Shown piece by piece: positions 12,651 through 25,570 of a DNA stretch of 64,000 bases. The stretch is from Cyanophora paradoxa CCMP329 (Eukaryota; Plantae; Glaucophyta). How positions within the stretch are numbered: the first letter of the stretch is position 1; the number at the start of each line of letters is the position of its first letter. The position numbers were made by a program, and so were the translations under genes. Under the pieces are notes generated by a model. The model was not told the DNA's origin, made no database searches, and saw nothing but the letters and a program-made list of their open reading frames with translations. The stretch lies in NCBI GenBank assembly GCA_004431415.1, contig QPMI01000416.1, forward strand, positions 186,001 through 250,000. Reading direction: 5' to 3'.

Positions 12651-14704
12651 ATGGCGCTGGCGCTCGGGAGAGCGCTGGCAGGCGTCCGGCGAGCTGCAGG
12701 GCAGCTGCGAGCGTCGCGCGTAGTGCGCCTGGCCAGTTCGGCCGCTGGCGCCAGCGGAGCGCCTCCCGCCGTAGCTTTCGGTGGGAGCCTTCTGTTCGCT
12801 CGACTGTGGTGCCTTTCCGCTCGCTCACCGTGCGGCGCGGCTGCGGCGCCCAGACATTGACGGAGTGCTCATCCGGGGCAAGGGCAACGTCCTCAAAGGC
12901 GCGCACGAGGCGCTGCAGGTATACGCTTTCCGAGTCATCTTTCATCTTTCCATCCCTTTCGACCGCTCAGCGGCGCCCCTGCGCAGATGCTGGCAGACCG
13001 CCGCCTCCCGTGCGCCTTCCTCACGAACGGCGGCGGTATGTCCGAGAAGGAGAAGGCTGCGGAGCTCTCCGACTGGTTCGGCGTGCGCGTGGATCCCGAC
13101 GACATCGTCCTCTCCCACACGCCCCTCCGCACCCTCGCGCCCAAGTACCAGGACCAGGTCCGAATGCAATTTGATCCGCTCCGGATGCGATCGATAAGAT
13201 CCGCCGCCAACCCGCCTCCGCGCAGTACGTGCTCTCGGTGGGGCGTGGGAGGTGCCCGGACGTCCTCAAAGAGTGAGCCTCGCAAGCCCGCCCTGCCCCG
13301 CGCCCGGTCCATGTACCCCGCAGGTACGGGTTCGAGAAGGTCATCGACGTACCCGAAGTGCTGGGCCACTACCCCGTTCGTTCCCCGCACTCTCCGGCCC
13401 TCTGGCTCCAGCGCACCCCGACTCCTATCCAGCTTCTGTACCCCGCCCTGAAAGGCCAGTTCAAGCCTCGGAACGAGCTCCCCGCGGTGAGTCGCGCGCA
13501 CTGTACCCCTGCCGCTGCTAGCCTTACCCCTCGCAGGGCCTGGCGGCGATTATGGTCATGAGCGACCCGGCGCACATGAGCAGCGAGATCCAGGTTCGGC
13601 TCCCCGCGGGCCCAGAATCCATTGATCAGCGGCGTACCCCTCCCGACACCCCCTCGCCAGGTCGTGATCGACTTCCTGCGTTCGAATGGCGTACCCGGCG
13701 AGCCGCCCCACGACGGCCAGCAGCAGGCGAGTCGATCCGCTCGCTGTACCCCCCGCACCGTCCTGAGTTTTGCCCCTTACCTCTTGGCGTTCAGGTCGGG
13801 ATCTACTTCTGGTTCGCTCGTACCCCCTACGCCCCCGGTACCCCTTCTCACCACCTTTACCCCCCGCCAGCAACTCCGATCTTCTCTACGGCGCTGAGGT
13901 CCGCATCCGCGTACCCCCCTGACCCTCCCCCCGGCCGCCAACGTCTTGCCCTCTCCCCTCCTTTGCTCTTTAGTGGCATGTACCCCGGTTCGGGGGCGGG
14001 GCCTTCCGGCACTGCGTGGAATCCCTGTACCTGGCCCTCGAGGGGCGGCCCCTCCGCAGCACGCTCTACGGGAAGCCGTGCCCCGCCCAGTTCCGGTACC
14101 CACCTCCACCTTGGCCTTTCGACTACACCCCTGCGACGCTCAATCCCCGGGGGGGGGGGGGGGGGGGGGGGTTAGCTACACGGAGCAGGTGCTGGAGCGC
14201 GCGGCGCGGCGAATCGGCGCCGCGAAGCCGACGAACTTCTGGTACCCGCCGCTCGCTCCCCACATTTCTCCTCCCGCCCCCGTCGATTCGAACCCGTACC
14301 CCCCAGGCTGGTGGGGGACAACCCGGCGGCGGACATTGCCGGCGCGAACGCGTCGGGCTGGCGATCTGTGCTCGTGGAGACCGGCGTCTACAAGGTGCGA
14401 GAAATCAAATTAGAGCTCAAGCCTCCCGACCCTATAGCTGGATAAATTAACGCACACCGAGGCAATACGGCTAGTCAAAGCCTCGCAAATGAACCGCCAA
14501 CGAATTTCGGATAGCGGCTAAAGCATCGCATGCGCAGGCGGGGACGATGCCAGAGCACACGCCGACGGCAGTCCGGCCGGGCGTCCTGCAGGCGGTGCGC
14601 CCGGCCAGCTCGCCGCCCGCCCCGCTCGCCGGGCCGCCGATGGTGGGGTTACGCGCGCGACCGCGGCGCAGGTGCAGCACATCCTTGGCGCGGCGCACTC
14701 TTAG
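12651..14704 (+). CDS. HDHD5: HAD-superfamily subfamily IIA hydrolase (HDHD5/CECR5-like), multi-exon
   Basis: Motif I VAF-DIDGVL, motif II FLTNGGG, SHTPL, PRFGAGAF, motif III YGKP, motif IV VGDNPAADIAGANASGWRSVLVETGVY. Divergent from UBXN11. Confidence 0.88.
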
Positions 14705-14960
14705 ACGCACCCTTGGCAGCACAGCATGCGCAGCAGCACAGCAGCCATCGAAGTCGCCCGGGCCGCGGCCGAGCCCCCCCCCACCCCACCCCCACCCCCA
14801 CCCCCCACCCCCCCCCACCCCTCCTCCTCCCCCCCCCCCACCCCCACCCCGCGCCTTCTTCTCTCCCCCTTCTGCGCCTTTAGCAATGCAATCATCAAGT
14901 GGGGGGGGTGCGGGGGGGCTTGCCCCCCTGCTTGTGGAATTCGAATGGTGGGATATTATC

Positions 14961-15050
14961 CAGCTTCGGCCGCCCCCTCCAGCTTCGGCCGCCCCCTCCA
15001 GCTTCGGCCGCCCCCGCAGCCGGCCCCCCGGCTTCGGCCATCCCTCCGGC
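14961..15050. repeat. Short tandem repeat (CAGCTTCGGCCGCCCCCTC-like, about 3-4 units)
   Basis: Directly visible repeated units downstream of the HAD gene. Confidence 0.6.
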
Positions 15051-15968
15051 TTCGGCCGCTCCGCTCCGGGGGATCTCCCGGCTTCGATTCAGACGATGCC
15101 GCCCGACAGAAGGCCGCCCACCACCTCGCTTTCGCTCTCCCCGCCTTCTGTTCTACCTGCTACCCTGCTATTGCTATCTACCTGCTATACCACGGGATCA
15201 CCTCTTCACCTCTGCCTGCTATTGCTATCTACCTCTTCACCTCGACAAGACGGATCACGGGTTTATCGGTGTCCTGGGGTGCAGGCGATCATGAATTCGA
15301 GAATCCGGAGGAGGTAGCTATAGCTGTAGGGGGAGATGGACACAGACGGACCACAAATTACCACATTCCAAAAATGGACACTTCAGTACTATTCATAGCC
15401 ATTTGTCTATGATTACTGGTTAAGCTTGCAATCTGTGGCCGGTAATTCACCAAAAACAAATTGTAATTTGGGAGAAATTGGGACATCGAAGTGCATGCAC
15501 GTGCATTCAATGATTCGGCCACGTTGCCAACTGCAGTCTCATGTATATCTGTCTGGTCACGCGGCGAGATCTAGAGGCGCCGAGAGCACAATTCAATGAT
15601 CATGATCGATTGCAATTACAAGCGAGTGCAGCCAGCCTGGCAGCGCTCCGGATCCCCGCTAGCGCTGTGATTCTCGTCTGTGAGTCCCCATGGCCAGACG
15701 GAATTGGTTGTTCCCGGAAGATGTCCAGGCGCCCGCGGCCGGCTGCCCAGCAAATTGAACACTCGAGCTCATGATCAGCCTCAGATCACTGAATCAGGTA
15801 GGGTCTGAGGGTAGGGATATCGATATATGCATATGGCCGGCGATGGCCGCTGGCCATCAATGCCCATCATGGCCGAGAATTTTGGTACTACTATTACTTG
15901 AGCCGAGACTCTGAGAATTCTTAGGGGTAGTCCCATCTCCGCCACAAATTAAAAGCCCCGCGAAGACT

Positions 15969-16140
15969 TTTTTTTTTAAGATCTACGGTGGGCGTGCCCA
16001 CTCGTAGTACACAACGAGGATACAAGTCACGGTATCGGGAATCACAGGGATTCGAAGTACAACGTAGCGGAAACAGCAGGAACCGAACCCGGGAATCCGG
16101 GAGGTCGTAGCACGACCTTATACCACTGCGCTAAAGCGCG
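15969..16140 (-). mobile_element. tRNA-derived SINE
   Basis: Minus strand starts with an A-box (TAGCGCAGTGG) and a B-box-like GGTTCGGTTCC, and ends in hairpin CTACGAGTGGGC-AC-GCCCACCGTAG plus poly(A). Direct repeat CGCGAAGACT at 15959-15968 and 16137-16146. Confidence 0.7.
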
Positions 16141-17867
16141 AAGACTGACCTACTCAATTTTTACCAGCTGCTGATTCAATGATTCAATGATTCAAAGTGG
16201 CAATATTTAATGTTGGCGAAGCACTAATTATTTTCCTGTACTAAACTGAATATACTAGGTCCAAATGTGTTCAAATCTTTCATGCGCGTCCGGACTCTGG
16301 CACAGGTCGTGGAGTTGGATGCGGAGGATTCGGAGCCCGTCGCGCTGGCCCCTCAGGTTCTGCGAATGCAGCCCCTAAGCGGTCATGGCTGGACACTGCC
16401 CTCAAGTTGCCTCAACCAGGACGCCGACGAGGTCGACAACGAAGAGGAGGCCACCGGTACCCCCCTCCTTCGTTCAGCGGCTCACGCCGTCTCCATCAAC
16501 TCCGGGATCCGAGCAGGTGTTTACTCTTGCTCGCCCTCTCTATCGACTTTCAATTCACTTGACTGCTCGCTGCAGGCGCTTCCTGACGATGTGGCGATCA
16601 TCGGATGGGCGAGGACTACGACAACGGCATGGTAGCCCTTGCGAACGCCCTAGCGCCCGAGGCAGTGGTCGAAGACATAGCGGATCGTTAATATATTGTC
16701 TTCGGTAGCTTTCGGACGGGCCCTGTCGTGTTTGACGTGCTTTTGTCTCGAGGAATGTTGAGAATTCGCCTCAGAAGGTTTCCTTGTATGGGATGCATTG
16801 GGAGCAATCCTTGCAGAAAGCTTTCTGCAGCTGAAAGCTTTCAGGGTGCCCGCCGCTGCCCGGGCCCCGGGGGAGGTAAACTTTCACAAACACTGGTACT
16901 GAGTACGTCCGGGCTCAGCTGCGCTGCCGGCTGCGCATATGCAGAGTCAAGAGTCAAGAGTCAAGAGTCCGGCCCTGTCCGACCGTCGGACCGACTCGCC
17001 GAGCCAGCCCTGCATACAAGGCGCACCGAGCTACTGCCAACCTCGTGATTGGTGGACTCCTGATGCCGCAAATCTGCACAAAAGGCAGTATTAAGAAGTT
17101 GCAGCCCAGCCGCCTTGCCAAGTTGGTAGGACGTTTTAGTAGGAACGTTAACACTGTCCGAACACATGCGCGATTTACTGGTCGTTTCGGTTTACGTTGT
17201 TGCCAAGTTGAGGGATATGGATCTTTTACAATTGGTTACCATGAACTTACCATTACTAATGGGCCAACACGAAAACAATTTTGAGAAACCCTCATATGCA
17301 TGGCCTTTGGCCACGGCCCACGGGGCCCCAGTGCCGCCCCACCACGTCCCTCCCTGTATGATGCTGTATCATAGTACAGCGTCCGGTCCGTTGCAACGGT
17401 CGGGGCGGCGCGGCGGGCCGAGGATCCGACGATGATCTTGTTGCAGCTAACATGTCCCCGCAATCCGATGATCTTTCGTCAAATTTCTAGCTGCCTTGGC
17501 CTAAATGCAGCTGCCACGGACTGTGACAGCTTTGATGTAGAGATCAGCTTTAATGTGCACGTGACAGCTTTGCAAAAATTGATTGCAATTGATTTTATCG
17601 CTAGTGCCCTTGCCCAACGGCAGCCCCGCGCGTTTGGTTCGCAAGCATTGCATTCATAAGAGCCTGGAGGCCCGGGTCACTAAGTACAAAAGCAAATACC
17701 GGGGTACACACGAAAAAGCTCTGCTCCTGAGGGGCGGGAAGAGTGGGGATCGGGGGCAAAACGCGCGCATCGACGAGGGAAAGCGGGCCGAGGAAAAAGA
17801 AGAGGAGGTAGAGGGGCGAGGGCGGGTAGCCGTGAGGGTAGGGACGGAGGGGTACGGGGGTACAACG

Positions 17868-19161
17868 CTACTTCGGGGGGTTCCGGACGCGGAGGCCGAG
17901 CCCCAGGCGGCGGAGGGCCTCGGGGGAGGGGTCCATGAATTCCGAGGGGGTAGCGGGGCCCGAGCCGGCCGGCTTGGAGCCGCCGCCGGCCGCGGAGCCG
18001 CTACCCGTCCGCTTGAGCTCCCCCTCCTCCTTCTTCTTGTGGCTAACCCCCTCCTTGGGGGTACCCGCCACCTTGCCCTTGTCGCCGCTGGCGCCGCCGC
18101 TGACGGCGCCGCCGGCGGCCTTGTGCGAGTGCTGCGCCGAGGCGGGCCCGGGGCCCCTGGCGCTGCCTCCGGGACCCGAGCCGCCGCCGCCGCCGCCGCC
18201 AACGCCTCCGGGCGTCCGCGCCGGCGGCGCCGCGCCCTTCTCGAGCTTGATGGCCACCCTGCCCTCGCTGCCGCCCGAGGCCCGCCGCTCCCTCCGCGGC
18301 GGCGCGTCCATATCGACGTCGGACTCTGTGGCCGCGCTGTCCGAGGCGGCGGCCGCTGCGGCCGCCGCTGCCGCTGCCGCCACCGCGGCCTTCTTGGGCG
18401 GGGGCGGCGCCGGCGGCTTCGTGCGATACGCCGCCGAGCGGATCGGGATCACGACGCCTTGCTCCCTGTCCCCGAGGATCAGCTGCAGGCCGGCCGGGCG
18501 GGCGCCGTACCCCCTCCCCTGGGGGGGAGAAGGAGGAGGGGGGTATGCACGTGAGGAACGTGACGGCGCGGCGGGCGGCGCGCCACGCGGCCTCGAGGGA
18601 CGTGGCGGAGCCGGCGGAGACGGCGGGGTCGTTGTAACCCAGCCGGGGCGACCCCTCGCCCCCCTCGAAGAGCGCCTGGTACCAGCCCTCGCCCGCGTAG
18701 TCTGCGGGGGCAGGAGACCGAGCGAGCGGTCAATCTCAGAGAAAAAGCGAGAAGAAGGGAGGGGAGGGCGGGGCGGGCGGACCGGCGGCGGGGCGGTAGA
18801 GCTCGGAGGCGGAGGGGGCGTGGCGGCCGCGGAGGGCGAGGATGAGGCGGTCGCGCGAGCGGGCCGCCTCGGCGCCCGTGACCGCCTTGCAGCGGACCGT
18901 GACGCCCCGCCAGTGCAGCGTCGCCTCGTAGAGCCCGTTGGGCAGCGTCGCGAGGCCGGGCGCCATCGGGCGGCCGGCCTCGTCGGCCGCCGGCTCCCGC
19001 CGGGGCGAGGGCGGGGGCGAGCTCGCGGGGCTTGGGAGCTCGCCGGCAATGGGCTCCGCGGCGGCCGCCGGCATGCCGCCCTGCGCACTCGCCGAGGCGA
19101 GCTCGATGAGAGCCACGGTGTCCGCCACCTGCGGCGAGCGCGGCCGCGCCTTCTTCGCCCG

Positions 19162-19198
<37 letters not shown>

Positions 19199-20225
19199 AT
19201 GCGGCCGCCGCGGAGAGGACGCCGCCCGAGGCGCCGGCCCGCCCCAGCGCCGCCCGCAGCGCGCCGGCGTCCACCGCCGGCGGGCGGAGGGCGGCGGCGG
19301 AGGCGGAGGAGACTCCCGAGCGGCCAGCGCCGGCCGAGGAGGAGGAGGACGGGGGCGGTCCGAGCGGGAGGACGGCCCCGCGCGGGGACTGGGACGGGGC
19401 CGAGGCCGAGGCCCCCGCGGGCCGCGGCCGCGGACCTGCCGTAGGCTAAGCCTCCGCGTATATCGCAGAGCGCGCGCTTTGCCGCCGGCTGACACGGCTT
19501 CTTCGCAATCTGTTCGGTGAAATCTTGTCAGAAACAGCTTACGGAGACCGCCCGCGCATCGCCCGAGCAGCGCGGACCTGCCGTAGGCTAAGCCTCCGCG
19601 TATATCGGAGAGCGCGCGCTTTGCCGCCGGCTGACACGGCTTCTTCGCAATCTGTTCGGTGAAATCCTGTCAGAAACAGCTTACGGAGACCGCCCGCGCA
19701 TCGCCCGAGCAGCGCGGACCTGCCGTGATCATGAGCATCCATGGCCAGCTTCACTGTGGTGCGTGCGGCGCACCCGCGGGCCCGCCGTTGATCTCATCTA
19801 GCGCTTCTTGCGCCGTGGACTCGTTCGGCTTGGGCTCGGCCGCGGGCTCGCCAAATGCATCGATAACGCGTCCGCGGTCGGAGTGGCGCTCGGCGGCCTC
19901 GAGCTCGCTCGATTGCTGAACGTGGGCATCGCTAGCTAGCGGACCAACTGCCGCGTCCGTCCGTCCCCAGCGCTAGCAACTTAAGCTTCACCAGCATTTC
20001 ACTCCGGGAGGGGGGGGGAACCGGGGGGGGGGAAGCCGCGTTTTTTTGGTAGCAGCAACCGCCGAGCTCACGGGCAGCTTGCGGGGCCTTGCGCATGCCC
20101 CGCGGCTTGAACCGCTTTGAAGGGTGAGCCAAAACGTCAGTTCGCCCGCGCTTGGACTGCGCTCGAGCTCCAAACTCGAGCTCGGAACAACCGACGACGT
20201 CTTCGGCGGCCGCGCGCGCGCGCAT
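17868..20225 (-). CDS. Low-complexity nuclear protein with a possible AP2-like DNA-binding domain, multi-exon
   Basis: Segment LYEATLHWRGVTVRCKAVTGAEAARSRDRLILALRG resembles the AP2 domain strand plus EAARAYDRAAxxLRG helix. The remainder is Ala/Pro/Lys-rich. Boundaries uncertain. Confidence 0.4.
19429..19726. repeat. 142-bp tandem duplication (small exon plus intron)
   Basis: CGCGGACCTGCCGT recurs at 19429, 19571 and 19713. The two units differ at only about 2 positions. Confidence 0.9.
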
Positions 20226-20831
20226 ATGCACATGCTTAAGCTTGTCTGTAAGTGTTCGTTTCTCGCAGCTTGCAGCCCCGCGAACTCTCGAGCATGAGCT
20301 CGAGTTTGAGCAAAGCAGCGCGCGCGTGCGTGCATCTGGCACATCTGGCTGCCTGTTTTTATTGCCATACATCTGACCACGCATTTGATAGCACATTGAA
20401 CTTGATTACAGCGCTCCGGGAGACGTTTTTCGAGCCGAGGTGAACCAAATTCGTTCACCTCGGGGTGGAGTAAGCTCAAAAGGGGTGAATGAACTGTTTC
20501 ACCCCGGGGTGAACGAATTCTCTGGCTCCCAGTGGGGGCAGAGGCATGCAGGGTGGCAGCTCGCGGGCGGCCCGGCGGATGCTTGGCGGGCAGGCCATGG
20601 CGGAGGCTGCGGAGCAGAGGATCGGAATTCGAATGCTCGGGCGGGGCGGACCCGGAGGCACGGAGGCGGCGGATCCGGAGCGGCGTGCGGCGGCGTGCAG
20701 CCTACGGTGCAGGGCCACTCTCAGTCTGAGACAGGGTCCCAGGGAGGCTGAGGGAGCAGGCATGCATTGGCAGGGCTTACCACACGTGAGTGTGGGCTTG
20801 TATTTGGCGGTGATTTCAAAATATTTTTTTT

Positions 20832-21010
20832 GAGCAAGCTGTCTGAGCCTGTACTAGAACTGTCTGGCTGACAGTGCCTATGATCACATGTTTAGCTGCA
20901 GCGAGCCACGAGTCAAGCAGCCTCAACCTCTAGCATGGATAACACCGGTTAGATGAGGGAATCCGATGATCACTGGTTAGATCTAGTAAAAGATGGGTGC
21001 TTTCATTCGC
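20832..21010. repeat. Dispersed repeat, copy 1 (copy 2 at 35581-35770)
   Basis: Shared GCAAGCTGTCTGAGCCTGTAC, TAGATGAGGGAATCCGATGATCACTGGTTAGATCTAGTAA and GATGGGTGCTTTC blocks. Confidence 0.8.
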
Positions 21011-21206
21011 GAGCGATCTAAATCTGCACGAATCGATCGCCGGCCGCCGGGCGCGATCACGTGAGCCGCACTGCGGCATGAATCGATCGCGATCATGATC
21101 ACGTGACTCATGACGTGAGCCGCATGATGAGCGAGATCTATAGAGATTCTAGATCAATCTACCGTAGGAATGCTTAATTAAATTGCCGCGTAGTTAAATT
21201 GCCGAA

Positions 21207-24200
21207 CAAGATCCGTGCTCCTGCGGAGCACTAAGTACGGCGAAGCCTCGCGGACGCCCTCGCAGCTGTCACAGTAGGCCTACAGGGCACTGGCCAGCGG
21301 CATGGCCGATCGCGAACAGCTTTAATTATATATATTTCGAAAATTCTGGCTGGAAGCTGGCTGGCTGACGGCCAGTCCAGCTAGCGCTGGCTGGCTAGAG
21401 GAATACTAATGTGCCGAGGAAATAAAGGGTGGAGCAGATTGAGAGGAGATTAATAATATTGTTGGGAAGGAGGCCCGGGAGGGGCCAGGTTCTCGCGGCA
21501 AGGCGCACGCACAGAGCTTGCGAGTCCCTTAAACAGAATCTCGAACGCATATAGCACCGATGTGCAGGGCTGCGGAGGCGAGGGCGCACGGAAAGCTGTC
21601 CGGGCCTGTCGAGGATCGAATTTTCAGGGTCGGCTGGATTCTCGCGCCTTGTCGCGTCCTCGGAGCTCGCGAAAAGCTTTGAAAATATCTCGAATGAATA
21701 CTGTAGCGATGCCCGTGCATGAGGATGCGACGGCGCGAGGAAAGCTGTGCAGGTGCGTTCAGGATCGAATTTTCGGGGTCGGGTGGGTCCTCGCAGCCTG
21801 GCACATTTCCAAAGCGTGCGGAAGGCTTCTTCGACATCTCAAATGGTTATGCTATTGTTCCGCGCATGCGCCGCGGCGTGGGAGCGGGGAAAGATGTCCG
21901 GGTCCGTGCAGGATCGAAATTTTGCCGTCGGCTGGGTTCTCGTACTCTTCCGCGTCTTCAGAGCTTGTGGAAGGCTTTGATAAAATCTCAAATGAATATT
22001 GTAGCGATGCGCATGCGCGAGAATGCGAGGGCGCGCGGAAAGATGTTCAGGTCCGTACAGGATCGAATTTTCGGGGTCGGGTGGGTCCCCGCGGCCCGGC
22101 GCATCTGCAAAGCGTGCGGAATGCTTTTTCTACATCTCAAATGCTTATGCTATTGTTCCGCGCATGCGCCGCGGCGCGGGCGCGCGGAAAGATGCCCGGG
22201 CCTGTGCAGGATCGAATTTTTGCTGTCGGGTACCTTCCTGCGCTGTTCGGCCTCCGAAAAGCGGATTTCGGGGATGCGCAGGCCCTGCTATGTCTATGCG
22301 CGCCAGTACGCATTGATTGTGCGTGTCGCGGGACCGGCCGGAACCGGCCGGATCAAATTTTCGGCCGACTCTTCGGAGTGGAGCGTCGACGGCGCCCGAA
22401 ATCGAGCTTGCGCCGCCTTGCGGCGATGCGCTCGCCCTTGCACGTCACTCTTTATCGTTCTGGGGCGTCCCTGGCGCGATTTCGTCGCGGGACCGGGCGG
22501 GACCGGGTCCCACCTTCTGACTCGGACTGCATTTGTCGGAGGTTAAGTACCGGAATTGATCCAGAGGGAAATTCGATTTTCGCGCGACGCGCACGGGGGA
22601 GCGGTCGTCTTAGGGGAGCCATGACGCTAAAAATGGATCTCGAGAGGTCTGTGGGGGTTCGGGTGGGTGTGTGACTAGGAGCAATCGCGTCCGTGTCGAG
22701 GCAGAATTAATAATTCTGCCTCGAGGGAGTGCGACACGGAAATTATTTAGCAGGGGGGATCTTGAGTGGAAAAAAAGGTTAAAAAAGGAAAATGAGGCGG
22801 CGGTTTTTGGGTTTGAGACAAGATCCGTGCTCCTGCGGAGCACTAAGTACGGCGAAGCCTCGCGGACGCTCTCGCGGCTGTCACAGTAGGCCTTGGCAGC
22901 CTAGGCCTAGCGCACTGGCCAGCGCGCTGCCCGGCCAAATGGCTGGCTGGAATTCGAAGCTGGCGGCCGGGCCATATATATGCATGCTGGCTCGCTAGCT
23001 ATATATATAGCCAGAGGGCTGGGGGACGAACCTGGCTGGCCAGAGAGGAATGTAATGATCGAGGAGCTAGAGGGAATTTATAATTAGGGGAGGAGTTGGA
23101 CGTACTGGCTTGCTTTTAACTGGTGGAGCATATTGAGAGGAGATTTTATGTATTGGCTTGTGCACGTGGGGGGGGTGGGAGCCCGAGGATCCGGAGGGGC
23201 GAGGTTCTTGCAGCCAGGCGCATGCGCAGAGCTTGCCAATCGCTTAAAAAGAATCTCGCATGCATATAGTACCAATGTGCAGGGTTGCGGAGGCGAGGGC
23301 GCGAGGAAAGACGTGCAGGTCCATGCAGGATCGAATTTTCAGGGTCGGCTGGATTCTCGCGCCCTGTCGCGTTGTCGGGGGTCGCAAAAAGCTTAACGAA
23401 GATGTCAAATTACTATTGTAGCGATGCGCACGCGCGAGGATGCGAGGGCGCGCGGAAAGGTCTGCAGGTCTGTAGAGGATCGAATTTTCGGGGTGGGCTG
23501 GGTCCTCGCGGCCCGGCGCAGCTATAAAGCGTGCGGAAGGCTTCTTCTACATCTCAAATGCTTATGCTATTGTTCCGCGCATGCGCCGCGGCATGAGTGC
23601 GCGGAAAGATGTCCAGGCCGGTGCAGGATCAAATTTTTGCCGTCGGGTACCTTCGTGCGCTGTTCGGCATCCGAAAAGCGGATTTCGTGGGTGCGCAGGC
23701 CCTGCTATGTCTATGCGCGCCAGTGCGCATCGATTGCGCGCGTCGCGGGACCGGGTGGGACCGGCCGGATCAAATTTTCGGCCGACTCTTCGCACTGGAG
23801 CGTCGACGGCGCCCGAAATCGAGCTTGCGGCGATGCGCTCGCCCTCGCGCGTCATTCTGTATCGGTCTGGGGCGTCCCTGGCGCGGTTTCGTCGCGGGAC
23901 CGCGGAAAGGTCTGCAGGTCTGTAGAGGATCGAATTTTCGGGGTCGGCTAGGTCCTCGCGGCCTGGTGCATTTATAAAGCGTGCGGAAGTCTTCTTGTAC
24001 ATCTTAAATGCTTATGCTATCGTTCCGCGCGTGCGCCGCGGCGCGGGCGCGCGGAAAGATGTCCGGGCCTGTGCAGGATCGAATTTTTGCTGTCGGGTAC
24101 CTTCCTGCGCTGTTCGGCCTCTGAAAAGCGGATTTCGGGGGTGCGCAGGCCCTGCTATTTCTATGCGCGCTCGTACGCATCGTTTGTGCGCTTCGCGGGA

Positions 24201-24707
24201 CCGGCCGGAACCGGCCGGATCAAATTTTCGGGCGACTGTTCGCACTGGAGCGTCGAGGGCGCCCGAAATCGAGCTTGCGGCGATGCGCTCGCCCTCGCGC
24301 GTCATTCTGTATCGCTCTGGGGCGTCCCTGGCGCGATTTCGTCGCGGGACCGGGCGGGACCGGGTCCCACCTTCTGACTCGGACTGCATTTGTCGGAGGT
24401 TAAGTACCGGAATTGATCCAGAGGGAAATTCGATTTTCGCGGGACGCCCACGGGGGAGCGGTCGTCTTAGGGGAGCCAGGACGCTAAAAATGGATCTAGA
24501 GAGGTCTGTGGGGGTTCGGGTGGGTGTGTGACTAGCGGCAATCGCGTCCGTGTCGAGGCAGAATTAATAATTCTGGCTCGAGGGAGTGCGACACGGAAAT
24601 TATTTAGCAGGGGGGATCTCGAGTGGAAAAAAAGGTTAAAAAAGGAATTTAGATCGTCGGTTTTTGGGTTTGAGAAAGAGGCTTCGCCTGAAAGAGGCTT
24701 CGCCTGA
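21207..24707 (-). mobile_element. Non-autonomous Helitron/Helitron2-like element, two copies nested (inner 22819-24691)
   Basis: Minus-strand 5' end TCAGGCGAAGCCTC. The 3' end has subterminal GAGGCTTCGCC, hairpin GTGCTCC-GCA-GGAGCAC and CTTG. No TSD; outer copy at an A|T site. Internal approximately 150-bp subrepeats (GGATCGAATTTT core). No credible ORF. Confidence 0.72.
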
Positions 24708-25570
24708 TTAATTCGACAAAAACCGGAATTGCCGAGGCGATAAATTACCGAATCCAGATGTCCGCTCCCTATGGCGCGGCATTGGCGCCATACAAAAGCA
24801 GTCGTTTACTAAGTTAGCCGTACCCCCTCAGAATTGCTGTGGCTTAAAATTGCCGAATTTGGCCTCTCGATCGGCAATATATCGGCTAAAAAAACGTTCT
24901 TACAGTAGTTGACATCGATTCGGCGATCGCGAATCGCGATCGTACCGCCCGCGGCCGATCCGGTAGCAGGCCCGGTACGCGCGCGCGGGGATCCCCGAAT
25001 CGCCGGGGAGCGGTGCCTAGCCTCAGCAGCCTAGGCAGCCTAGCTAGTAGCACAGTACTAGCACTGCCTAGCCTAGCAGTGCCTATAGCTACACCGTGGC
25101 TACACGTACGCGTAGTATACTACGGTATATATACCGTACTACGGTAGAGTCGCGGCGTAGTACGTACTACGGTAGCTGGTTCAGCCTGCATGCACTGCGG
25201 CAGCTGGTTGCAATTGCGCATGCCCGGCGGCCCTAGTACCGTTCGAGCTCGCAGACCATCAGATCGTGACGAGGTTGAATTCGAATGCACCGGCAGTCGC
25301 TCTGCTGGATCGTGCTCGCACTGCTGCCTATGTGCGGCGTGCTTGCATATGCCTCCCGACCGGCCCCCGACTTGCCCCCTGCTGCCAACCCCAACCTCGC
25401 CGTTCTCCCCCCCGGGCAATAGTGCGCATGCGCAGGCATGCATTCGTCGTCTAGATGGTGAGACTTCGCTAACGATCGCAACCCTCCCTAGTGCGCACTG
25501 TGTTGGAAAAGCTGCCGGGAATCCAGAAAACGCTGCCTTCGGTGCGCGCGCTAGCAATTGCAAGCTTTCA

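Noticed and set aside
21562-24531. ORFs of up to 370 aa and CRISPR-like periodicity in the repeat array
   Set aside because: Products of approximately 150-bp subrepeats; the intervening sequences are homologous rather than unique spacers, and there are no cas genes.
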